A stretch of DNA of 64,000 bases from Trichoplax adhaerens (Eukaryota; Animalia; Placozoa): contig NW_002060947.1 of the NCBI RefSeq assembly GCF_000150275.1, positions 2,717,740 to 2,781,739 on the forward strand. Reading direction: 5' to 3'. Made by a program: the position numbers and the translations under genes. The notes below the pieces were generated by a model. It was given only the letters and a program-made list of their open reading frames with translations, made no database searches and was not told where the DNA came from. Below, piece after piece: positions 51,712 through 64,000 of the stretch. Every line of letters starts with the position of its first letter. Positions within the stretch are counted from its first letter, which is position 1.

Positions 51712-52210
51712 CAGTGTACAGTACTGTAGAAATAATTTTTGTACTGTACAGTACAGTACACTCACTGTACTGTACTCTACTGTACTGTATGTAAGCGCAG
51801 TACTGTATAACTGTACTGTACTGTACTTTACAGTAAACTTCGTTGGAATCTGTACTGTTACAGTACGCACAATAGGCGTTGCACTGTACTTTACAGTATA
51901 TTCACTGTGTAGTACTGTACTGTATTGTACTGTACAGTGCTTACAGACAAGTAAGTTACACTACATAATACAGTATAATACAGTACAGTAATCTGATCTC
52001 TGGTTGCATCCAGTACTGTAGTCTTATTCAAATGCTGATGCTAATCTCAGCATCAGCATCAGTGTACTGTACTGTAGTAGCGTCCTGTGATGAAAATCAA
52101 GAAATCATACTGTACATTCTGTAAGGGTCCCTAGTGTAAAGTACAGTATACTGTACTGTACAGTACTTTTACTTTACTACTGTACTGTATGCAGTATAAT
52201 GTACTGTACA
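51712..52210. repeat. Longest ACTGT/ACAGT pentamer array, at the inferred 5' end of the MTUS-like gene
   Basis: Read directly. It starts about 110 bp upstream of the putative first-exon donor at 51602 and contains GGGTCCCTAG near 52125. Confidence 0.88.
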
Positions 52211-55055
52211 TCGGAGCTCTGCAAACGATGACAGAAAACAAACCCACACTGACCTAACCCGCTGATGCAAATGATATACTTGCCACCAAAGCCTGACTAC
52301 AGCTGACTAATATATTACTTGCTTAAACCCAACCCAACTTGCCGTAAATACTGTATCTTAGTAAGTCGAGTATTCTAGCATCTAGTAGTCCATGACTGAG
52401 TGATGGATGATATGATATACAGTAGTAGAAATTCATCAGTTCACGTATCAGTGATCATGGTCATGGTCTTGCATTGAGAGCACAATTTTATCAGTTTCGC
52501 ATGTTTCCTCGTTAAAATGAGACGCTTCTTTTTCATTAATTAATTTTAGTTTAGGAGCTCGTAATTATCTCATTACTTCTTGGTTTTAATTGAATGAGTG
52601 ATAAGACTCCAGCACCTTGCCGCAAGTGTTATACAGTGCTGTAATTATGCATGCCATATTCAAGTCTCGCATATTAGATTACAACTCTAAATTTGCAAAG
52701 GTACTAAGATAAATAATTCTGAGATACATGTACTGCACTTTGTGTAAGTTAGATACACGCATTAAGATATAGGGTTGTAACAATTGTACTTGCTGGATTT
52801 TAAAAGTAATTTACATAGGGGTGAAATAAAGTATCGTGCATAGGTAATTTCTGATTTTAAATGTCGCCATGGCTATGAAAAGTGGGAAAACGTTTATTAC
52901 TGAAATAATGAAGGTTTTGATCTGAAGTCCCACAAGTACAAAGTAATCTTTGGTGTTCTCAATTTCTCTACGACCTATCGTATGCAGTGCTATATGTTTA
53001 TTACTATTGGAAAACGGCTATTTATGATTCTTTTGTACTTTGCACTTTTATCAATTAATTAATCAATCTCACACATTAGCAATACCTACAAAATATTTAA
53101 AAATCATCGTCATTTTATTTATTCATATTATTACATAGTCAGGCCTTTTTTCTTTAGGTCATCTATTGCTTCGGAAACTTCCTAAGAATAAATGACACAA
53201 AGAACCGAAATTTTACGATTTGTAGGATAAACTGTAGTAATGATTTTTACTGTCATTGCACTCCAAATATCAAATTGGAAGTATTAATCCTATAAAGAGA
53301 TGCTAATGACTTTATATTTGAAATAATTGAAAAATTTAGAAAGTGAAGTAATAAAATTATATATACTGTACAGTACATAGTACTATAATGCAGTGGTCTG
53401 ATACAAGGTAATGGCGTGAGATAGTTTTTATTAACAGGAATTTTAGAGAGTAAAAAGTAGTGAAAATCATTACCAAAACTAAATCGCTAAAATATTAATA
53501 GAGAATATATGTATATCAGCTTGTGGGCTCTTTCGTTATTGTTTAGCGTAAGGTACAGTATTGCATTTGCCTGTAGTCACTAGACGATCAAGATCAAAAT
53601 TCGTAACGTAATATCAACAACGTTGACTCAATGCTCTAATGCTGAAGAGCTTACAATAATATGAGTTAGAACTGTCTATTCAGCCCGTTCCAGACTTGAC
53701 ACACTGAGTCATTAATGCAGCTTTTATCGTAAGTCTCTTACCATTTTCAGGGAATTATGGGCTTCAATACAATCATTAAAAGTCATTACGCCATAGCCGA
53801 CAGAAGCTAAAGAATAGCACTTGGAAAGTAGATCGAAAGATTAATAATAAGTATAATTAATTTACTGATCGAACTCTAAAGATAAATTCATCGAGGGTAT
53901 ATTATTATTAATTTATTGCACTAAATTAAAAAAATTCGGCAAAATAAGCGTTGATATTTGATAAATATGACTTTGAAGGCCTTACGCGTTCCACAATCTC
54001 TTACACTCAATGTATTGTATGCATACATAAACTACTAGCAATAACAAATATTCGTACATACCGTACGTACGAGAATATCTACAGCATACTTACAGCGAAG
54101 ACAATCAATAGGTAAATAGGCAGCTACAGATTTAAAAGATCAACGTAAAGTAAGCATTAGTCATACGGTTAGTCTAAAGATAGTAATATGATATTTTTTA
54201 TTATAGTTGTAGCCTGATCTTAAAATGATATCCCACTTGTAGCTACAAACATCACAGATAGAAAACTGAAGTATCTCCATACTATATACTATTGCCATTC
54301 ACAAAGGGTTAAGCATAGTGACTACTCACTTACTCGTATTCTATCATTCGCGGCAGTTACATTATCATTATTAATTGTAGTGTAAGGTGAAATGTATGTG
54401 AGTGATTGCAGTATTGTAATCTATTTCAGTTTGATTAATAATTAATTAAACCAAATCGCAGACATGGACTACAGTACTAGAAGAAAATAGGTTTTCTTCT
54501 ACAGTAGTAGTCCGTGTCACAGAAGAAGTTAGAGAAACTCTGATGCTGAAAGTGAGAGTAGAGTAGTATCGTACAATGCCACAATAAAAACTTTCTGTGC
54601 ACATGGCATCAGTCAGCACTGGAGGTTAATTTAAGCTACAAAATACTCAATGAATGCTTAAGAACTTTACAAATATTACAGTATTATACCATTGAATAGG
54701 ATCGCTAGAAATAACATTAAACGAGTGTAGCTATACTCACTGGCATTAAGACATCTTTAATTTGATCAGACACTTGAAATGACAATGAATCCGTGACCAG
54801 AGCTGCCCATATAAGTGAGAGCACTGCACTCACAGTTAACCATTCCAATAGCTTTGTCATTATTATATAAAGAAAGTAGGGAATGTGTGCTGTGTAGTAA
54901 TACTAGATTATTTATTCTAAAGTCTAAAATATAGTATACGTATGTCGAGATATCTACGTTCCAAACAGTTGACACAAATCAGAAAGATATTTGCATCCTA
55001 GTAAGAATAAGAATCGTACAGTAATCAATAAATTCATAAACAAGATCACAGATTA

Positions 55056-55405
55056 GTACAGTGTACAGTACAATAAGGCAGGATGTTCTAGAGTGATTTG
55101 TACTGTAATGGGAGAAATCTACGGTACTGTACAGTACGCTGTACTGTAGATGTTCATGCATTTCAGTTACCAAGTTAGCAAGTTCATCGGCTGTTCTTAG
55201 AGTGATTTGTACTGTAAACAACGGAAGGAATTTACTGTACTGTACAGTACAGTGTACAGTACAGTATGTACTGTACCGCAGAAGTCTTACTGTACTGTAC
55301 TGTACTGTATGAGTTCAGGACTGTACTGTACTGTACTTCAGGGACTACAGTACAGTATGAGATACTATAAAATAAAACCAATCAATCAACCACAATAAAC
55401 TGTAC
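55056..55405. repeat. ACTGT/ACAGT pentamer array upstream of HERC2, with CAGGGACTA (55339-55347)
   Basis: Read directly, about 190-540 bp upstream of the HERC2 ATG. Confidence 0.88.
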
Positions 55406-55593
55406 CGTTTTAGCAATTGAGATCGCGCAGTTTCATCAGTAGAAAAGATTCTTTAGCCTGAACAAACGCTTACTTAGATATTCGTGCACTTCAGTTACCA
55501 AGTTCATTATGATGAACTAGAAAATCTTTTTAAAATCTTTACTTGATGATAGGATTTCAAAAGTATTGTAGATTCTTTTTATAATATTATATC

Positions 55594-58500
55594 ATGTCTC
55601 ATTCTGAAGGTCCGTTACGACCAAGGTTGCGCCTAAATATGAAATGGCTGAAAGTAAATCTAAAGGTATTCCATATCACGTTTTTACTTACCCTAAACTG
55701 ATGTACAGATGTACTACTGTACATATACAGTATGTTCTATGGACATAATAATGTAATGTAAATTAATAATGGATCTATTGCCTGACTGCACAACACTAAC
55801 TGCAGTATAGTACGGTAGTGTAGCACTAGTTATTACCGCATATTATCGCTACATTCGATGACGCTGCAATGCAGAACTGTACTGTACGGTACAATAGTCA
55901 CGACAGTACAGTAGTATACAGTAGATTAGTATAATTATTAATCACTATAAAAAATAATAAAATATTGTATATATTTAAAATGTACTAAAATATATGTACG
56001 CGTATATTAACGTGGTAATATTGTGGATTACTGCAGCAAACGATGTATGAGATGTAAAGTTTTGAACTTAGTTGGTGAATTCCAATGTTTATGGCCTGTA
56101 TCAGTATTGTGTTAGAAGTAGAATCCATTCATACTGATCGTTTGCCAGTAGTTAGTCTACGATAGCATCATGTTATGTTCATTTCATAAATTGCATTACA
56201 GAATTATAAAATCTGCACCGTATCGCTTCAAGCAAAAAGTGAAACCGACCTTACTCATATGTACATGTACAGTTGCACACAGCACAGTAGTTCGGTAGAA
56301 GTTACCGTAGAACAGATATGAACGGGACTTTTTGAAGCCGTATCATCGATGATAGGAAAGGCAAAATTCGTTGATGATGAACTTTTGCCTCTGGATACCA
56401 TGATCAGAGAGACGATAGTTCGTCTACATATAAAATCATTCAGTCAATCGTACTGTGCAGTTATGACTGATAAATGTGCCGGTCTACTTCAGAACTGTAA
56501 AAATCCATTTTTACACTATCATTAGATCCATTGCCCGTGTAATATGCTTCCATCATGCTGCTTAATAATTCATTGAGTTTGTTGGAATAAGACTACTTTT
56601 CTGTTTTTCCTAGAGTAAATATCTGTCGATCATTAGTGAAATGGTCTTACGAATTAGTCTTTAGAACTGTATAACTTTTTCGGTCTTCACGAATAATGAG
56701 TCATTAAATAGCAGATATGCAGTTATATATTGCAGTACAAATATGATATCATTAACATTAATGATGTTCCTGTCAATCCTAAGAATTGGGTTTTCCCCTA
56801 TAATCGTAATTACGAATTAGCCAAATCACACTCCAGACTTACGCAATAAGTGAGAGTGATGTGAACATTACTACAGTTTTCTTTTACTGTTTGTTTATAC
56901 TATATTTCAGTTATCTACTTTTAGGATATGGAATGAATTCATTTTGTTATGTTATTCAAAGGGTATTTTGATGTTTCTTGTCTTTTAATTAATCAAATCC
57001 CATGTAGTAAATATTTGCGTACTACAATAACGCAATATGGAAAAAACGAAAGAAAAAATCTTCAAATTATACAGTACTGTACTGTACAATACAAACTTAC
57101 AAGAAATGATCCTTCATACTTACACTACAGTATTACACGAGAAATTAGTTACATACAGTACGTTATCGCTATTGCGTAGAAGTTACATAAATGTTCTAGA
57201 TTACAATGTATAGCAGCACCGATTCTTTTTAGAGTTTTCAAGTAGGCCATACGTAACTTGCGTGTATTTATGAAATAAATACAGGATTCGTTCACAAGGG
57301 ATGGTCTTAACAGCTTATGGAATGAATTAGTAAGAAATGATGAAGTTAACAGAACAGATGCTTGTTCAGATACACGTTTAAACAGTTCAGGTGCCATAGC
57401 AAGGAAAGGAAAATCTGGTCACTTCTATTGTGGACGTCGTGTTTTAACATGTACATGCTGCGACGGCTTTTGTGGGCCTAATGATGGATGCAACTGTGGA
57501 CCTTGTCGCCGATTAGATGGAGAAGATATAGAGAAACAAAGTCCCATAACATTAGATGTGAATAAAGTAATTGACTCCTGGACTTGGGGTGAAAAGCCTG
57601 GAATAGATGAATTAAAAGATTTAATTAAACAAATTGTTAGAGAGCAACAGCGGTTATGCGGTAATGCTGCTAATAATACGCCGTCATCTAACAGAATTTA
57701 TCAGCGAATGGTAGTTTTCGAACGTTACTATACTGCGCAAATGCATAATTTTCACAATCGTAAACCAGCGAAATTGCCCAAGGCTGAAATATCGGATGCT
57801 TCGAACCATGCATGGATTTCCAACGCCTTCAAGTTAGAATTTATTCTTACTAAATGTTAATAGTGAAAGTGATAATGTAGTGTTGGATGTAGTCATACGA
57901 GCTATTGATCTAATCATGGAGCACTATGCGTGAATAGTAATTGACTTACTGTAGTTGTTGCTGTTGCTTGCTACTCGTTTATTGTATATTGTAAGATTAA
58001 TCTTCCTCTATTGAAGTAAAGGGTAATACATGCATATTTGCGCTGTAATTGATTAAAATTAATCTGTTCTATCTGCGTTTAGTGACTCCAATCAAGATAC
58101 ATCGAGCATGAGCTTACTAACTCACGTTGGTACTCGAATGGGATTGTCTTTTATGTTTGCTTTTCTTCGCAGGACGTGGCGAAGTGGCGAAGACGTTGAT
58201 GTCTGTAGTGATTTCTTACAAGAGAGCTTGCATATACTGACGTCGCTGCCTGATAGTTGTCTTTATAAATCAACTCACCATGATAATCGTTGGAACGACG
58301 CTGTTGAAATGACAATGAAGTTTTTTACCTCTATTATATTAAGGTATCGTGCCGTATTACCAACTCTTTATTCTTCGTCAAGTTATCATAAAAATATTCA
58401 TTACAAGTTCGGGCACTTACTGAAATTGTGCATTCGGCCCCATTCATTGAGTTTATTATTAAGTTATATTCGTAACAAGATAAAAAAATTTTATGAAGAA

Positions 58501-61500
58501 GTATTAAATTGGACGATTTGATTTTATTCGTAGTGATGATAGAACAACGAAATCAACTTTACATATTCCGGCTGATGATTTGTCTACAGCATTACTTATA
58601 ATTTTTGAATTGGCGATGAAGCGTGCTTCTCTACAGGGTCTTTTACAAGGAGTTTTAATACTTCTACGGTTATGGGAAAGAAGTAGATCAAGTACGAAAA
58701 ATTGGAAAAGGGCCCCTGTAGTACCTCTGCTTTATCGGCTTCAGAATATTTCTATGAAAAAGGATGAACACTCTAAGAACATTACAGAGGTAGCAATAAT
58801 AAGAAAGCTAAAACTTTTCACTTACCGTAGATTAATTCATTCTGCAGTCCGAATTTTTAATTACTGTACGCGTATAGTTGCTATTTTTAATTCAACTGTG
58901 GCATCTGTATGATTTTAATAAATTTATAAAACTGATGTGCATTAACAAAACGCATATTAGACCGACATTTTAAACCTTAAACTTTTGCTCATTGCATAAG
59001 ACGTAATTTATTTGTTGTCATTAATTCTCGGATAGGTCTCTGATTCTGAAATTGTCAGTCCAACGGATTGTTTTCTTCGATTTTTGTCTTTGCCAAAAGA
59101 TGAAAGATCTCTAATAGATTTTCGCCAAGCAGCTGTTATAATTTTATCGTATTTAGATAAAATTTCTGAGCCTAACAGACCAACCGCGGAGAACTATCAG
59201 GTATTGTTCTATCGTGTTATTTCTTTAGAGTTACAGTACTATTACAGCTACCAATTTATTACTGTTGCAGCTCTCTACGCCAAAGACAGAGGTTTTAGGA
59301 TGGGGAAATATCAATTGGTTAGGTGGAGAAAGCAACGATGGAAGTCTAAAAATTTATGAGACTGTTGCTGAGTTGGGTATCAAGCAGATTATGTGCTCTT
59401 CAGACAATATTATAGCGCTTACTAATAATGGCAGAGTTTATTCCCTGGCTTATAATGCTCGTTGTGAGGTTGTACAATCGATACCATCTTTCTAGTCCCG
59501 TAATTGTCAAAATTTTATTCTATATTACAATCCAAATTTGCTACATGATTTGCTAATGATTTTTACTTCATAGGCTCCTGTTTTACTCGATTCACTTATT
59601 GATATCAAGATTAAAAAAATTGCAGCAAACGTGGAAGGAGAACATTATCTAGCTCTGTCGTCGGATGGTTGCGTTTATTCTTGGGGATCTGGAGATGGGG
59701 GTCGTCTAGGTCATGGGGACATTAGGTAAGAATCTGATAAGCTTAGAAAGGAATTTCCCTCTCTAATATAGTGTTTTTATATTAGCTCTAGACGAGAACC
59801 AGAACTAGTTAAAGAATTAGTTAACAAAAAGATAACACAGATCGCTTGCGGAAGTACATACAGTGCAGCGGTAACGTCAAATGGAGAGTTATACACATGG
59901 GGTCGCGGAAGCTATGGAAGACTTGGTCATGGTATGCTTAATTCTTATATTTAAATAGTAAAATCATTAAACTGATGTCAAATGTTCTACTGCATTGCAC
60001 AGGTAACAGCGAAGATCGTTTACTGCCTACTTTGGTAGCCGGTCTTAGTGGGTCTCATGTGGTAGATGTTGCTTGTGGAAGTGGTGACGCCCATACGTTG
60101 GCAATAGATAAAGACGGTAATTTCTATTTATAGTAGGACGATTTTGTTTACTGTAGGAAAGCTTTAAATATATATGTACACGTCATTATAATACGATTTG
60201 TATATGTCTTATGGGAAGGTATCGTGTGGTCATGGGGTGATGGAGACTATGGAAAGCTTGGACGTGGAGGTAGTGATTGTTGTAAGGTCCCAAAGGTAGT
60301 CGAGACTTTAAAACATCATAACAAATATATCGTAAATGTGCTTTGTGGGAGCCAGTTTTCTGTTGCACTGGGTAAGGATGGTACAGTGTGGACTTGGTAA
60401 GTACAGTACTCACTTTGTAGAAATACTGTAGTGTGAACGATTTTGCAAAGGAGTTGATAAACGAATTACTTTTATTTTGTGTTCATTTCTGAAGGGGAAA
60501 AAGTGATGGTTATCGATTAGGTCACGGTACTCTTGATCATGTTAGATATCCTAAGATGGTAGAAGGGCTGATTAATTATCATATAGTTGACATTGCTGTT
60601 GGTCCTTCTCACTGTTTGGCTCTTACCGATAATTGCCAAATTTTTACTTGGGGTAGTGATGTTCAAAAGTATGCATTAAGTTCTGATAATTACAATATGG
60701 AACCTACATGCATTTCTGCAATAAATAAGGAGTTCATTGCTGGAGTCGCGTGTGGCCCCGCACAGGTATAGTATCTAAGATCTATTATGTAAAACTGACT
60801 CTTTGTTTTTAATAACCATATATACAAACTGTTAAATTATCGTATTGTCTTTTAATCCTTTAACAAATGATCGAAAAAACTGTTAATGCTCCATAAGCTG
60901 TTCTTGACGTAATTCAAATTGCAAATATAAATTTGTGGTTTTTATTCTCCGTAGAATTTTTTATGGACTTCTGGTGGTAAACTAGAGATTGAAACGCATT
61001 TGCCTTACTGTTTAGAGGTTTCTAGCGGAACATTTGAGAAACTAAATCAGTTAATAGCATTAGTTCATGATGGATTAGATGGGTCTTGTGATTGGCCACC
61101 GCCTTCACAACAGCAAGAATGTATTGCTGTTGCAGCTTTAAATCTGTTAAGACTGCAGGTTAGCTAATTATGATGCATTTGTCATTGCATGGCTTATATA
61201 TTCTAATTTCTGTTTAGTTGCATGCTGCGATTACCAATGGTGTACCTGGAATTGAAATTGGTTTAGATCCTCAGGGTAACTTACTTGGATCCTTACGACA
61301 ACATTTGATCGATATGGCATCAAATCATGGGGTTCTTACTACTGTCCAAAACGCAGCTCAATTAGTTCTGCAGACTGGCTGGCCTTTGTTGTTACCAATT
61401 GCTGAAGGAAGAGGAAGATCGTTAACGGATATAATTATAGATGCAGGTGATGTTTTTTTTGCAACGTTTTTATCCTGTAATGTATACTTTAATAAACAAT

Positions 61501-64000
61501 TACGTTTTATGATTTAAAGGATTATCAAAGAACTGCGGTAGCGGACGCTGCTTTATGATTAACCTATTGGTTAATAGCTTAATTGCTAATGGGATAGAAA
61601 ATATTCTGGAATCTGCAATATCTGTGGTTACGTTAGCATTAAGTAGTAGATTTGATGAGCAATTTATAGAGCACTTAGCTATTACCGATGACGAAAAGCA
61701 CTCGAACGATAGTGAAGTTATTTATTGCAATAGTATCCTCTTAGCTCTGAGCAAACATCTTATTCATAGTTTATCAGACATCGTTATAAGCGATATGGTA
61801 ATATTATCGACGGATTCTTGCAAAGATAGAAAGGAATTGCAACGCTATGACATTAAAGTAGCTGTAAATCTTCTAAATCAGTTACAGCGTATGTTAGTAT
61901 TTAGAGTGTTTGAAGCAAGCAAGGAATCAATAACAAATGGTACCTATACATTTTTAAGATTTACAATTTGATAACTTCTTATTCAGTTACATGTAAATGA
62001 TACTGTGAACTCTTTTTATCACTCTGTTTGTTCGTTAAAAGCGTCTGTTTTATACGTAAAATGTTTCCGATAGGGAAATCCTCTGCAAAAAATAGGGAAC
62101 TTCATGCTGCGCTCATGCTATTGGATTATTATCTTACGAGCTTATCAGCCAGTGCTTGCAAAATATTTAGGAAAGCTGTTCAAATCTTGAAAGAGGAGGA
62201 GCAGTTCTATGGAGGAATTATTGATCTCCTAACTAAGAGTGCTATTGGTAATAATTAGGAACGAAATTTTTCACTTTATTATTATTAAATTATAAGTATT
62301 GACTGGAGTCACTTCCCATTTTCTACTCAGGTGTTTTGTTGCCCGAATTGGTAATAGATCTACTATTGTTACAGTCCCGTGTTCCGGATAAAATATCAAA
62401 GTTATCTGAAGTAACCTCCTTAATTACTTTACTCAACGTCCTTGATGAATTTAATTTGCTTGCATCCGATATATCAAAAGAAGATGAAAGTGATATGACA
62501 TGGCCTGAAGGTTTTTAAATGAACTTTTTAACGTTCTATTATAGTAATTTGAATGCACAGAATAAAATATCTTAAATTTCAATCTGTGGTTATAGTCTTG
62601 GTTATCAGTGAGGAACTTAAATATAATGAAGATGTTCCAGTAATACGGCTAGAAGATATTGAAAATCATAACAAAGAAGGTGGCGTATGGACCATTATTA
62701 ATGGCAGAGTTTACGATTTAAGTGAATTCATGCTACAAGCTCCCTGTTCGGAAGAGAAATTGAATCAGTACGCAGGTTAGAATGTTTATAGTTAATTACC
62801 TTCTGAACATGTTTTTTCATTGTTTATTTATAAAATTGTATTAGGTAAGGATGCTACGGAAGTATTTGATAGCGCGGGCCACTCAGAAGAAGCAAAAGCT
62901 CTGATGCAAGCTTTCTTTGTTGGGTTATATGCTGAGGTTAGTATTGAATCAGTTTTAATTATGTACGCATATCTGTATTTTTATTAACCAATTTAAATTG
63001 CTAATGCAAAATTGAAATTGAATTTGACAGCCAGAAAACATCGTGAAATGTCGCGGAGTTCAGCCTGTTTCATTGATATTTCTAGATACGGAAAGGGCTC
63101 TAGGTCGTTTGTTAGGCTTACACGCGTGTTATTTATCAAAGAGTGGTATATTGACGCCGGAGGAGGAATGCTATGGGCCATTACTATCTTCAGAGTTTTT
63201 TAAAGGTGGGATGAATGAATCCGTTCATTCGAATGCAGGAAATACATCTAGTACGGAAAACAAAGTAGATGGCCCATCTACTCTATTTCTAACAGCCCTA
63301 GCGAATGGACATACCAATGAAACGCAAGTAAAAATATTCGATAACTTAATTACTAATTACTGTCAACGAAAACATTTGATTACTCCAATGTCGTTAACCG
63401 GCGATCATCCACTGGAGCGTTGTGGAAAGATCTTATTGGCTTGTTTAATAAAACATCTTGGCCTTACACCATTAACGCTTGCAATAATACAGAGGGAGCA
63501 AATATCTATGACGGAAGAATCTGATAGATTTGAAGGGAAGACAGCTAATAATTCCGTTGGCTGTATGAATGAATTACCAACAGCTCTTGGAGAAATTTGC
63601 AAGATTGTTTATCGTGCTAAATGTGCAATTATTAGAGCTCATCAAGAGTCATCTTGTTCATATGATGAGATATGCTCCACAATCTTGGAGCGCTGTGAAT
63701 TTGTGTTAAACGATTTACGGCCTGCAGTCCTAGGTAACAAGCAGCTAACATCTCCCAATCGAAAAACTAATAGTTGCTCGCGTTGGAAAAAGATTTATTC
63801 TAAATTAAAATCCAAAGGCCCCATCAAACCTAACCATGAACAGGATAAAAATATCTCCGAATGCGACGTTGATACAAAACATAGCTCACAAACTGAAGAA
63901 AAAGTAGCAATAGAAACAGAGATGGCGCCCATATATAAGGTTAATCTTTAAATACTATTGTTATATATTGGTATGCACATTTTCGTAGGTGTAATTACTG
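55594..64000 (+). CDS. HERC2: E3 ubiquitin ligase HERC2, 5' partial (N-terminus, RCC1-like domain 1, cytochrome b5-like domain), multi-exon, continues past the window
   Basis: Exon 1 (55594-55665) ..[12 protein letters not shown] joins 57285 [16 protein letters not shown], matching the HERC2 N-terminus. Also [28 protein letters not shown]1 repeats ([41 protein letters not shown]), [26 protein letters not shown] and [15 protein letters not shown]. Confidence 0.95.

Noticed and set aside
51712-52210. Pentamer arrays as CRISPR-like repeats
   Set aside because: No constant repeat with unique spacers, no cas genes, and the context is eukaryotic.
52240-52340. AACCC/CTAACCC telomere-like words
   Set aside because: Scattered single units with no tandem TTAGGG array.
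56345-56400. SECIS-like ATGA..AAA..GA pattern after an in-frame TGA
   Set aside because: Helix II would be only about 6 bp with bulges, the site is intronic rather than in a 3'UTR, and the peptide has no selenoprotein context.

Overview
AT-rich animal genomic DNA with many short GT-AG introns. It looks placozoan (Trichoplax-like), which is an inference from composition, intron size and gene content. Seven protein-coding genes were reconstructed by hand from splice sites: TAF13 (-), PRDM13 (-), an intronless group I-type secreted phospholipase A2 (-), TBCK (+, about 28 exons), a rhodopsin-class GPCR with an intronless CDS (-), an MTUS1/MTUS2-family coiled-coil gene (-), and the 5' part of HERC2 (+, runs off the window). 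A decayed GPCR pseudogene probably lies at about 12.3-13.9 kb. The most striking non-coding signal is a repeated promoter architecture. Arrays of ACTGT/ACAGT pentamers, often with a CAGGGACT-type GC-rich motif, lie just upstream of TAF13, PLA2, TBCK, MTUS and HERC2, but not next to the PRDM13 or GPCR start codons. Other notable points are a U12-type intron in TBCK, an acidic GILDDPxY repeat at the MTUS N-terminus, a Cys-rich N-terminal module and a half-liganded cytochrome b5 domain in HERC2, and a GPCR lacking the sodium-pocket residues. No tRNA, rRNA, CRISPR array or intact transposase was recognised.
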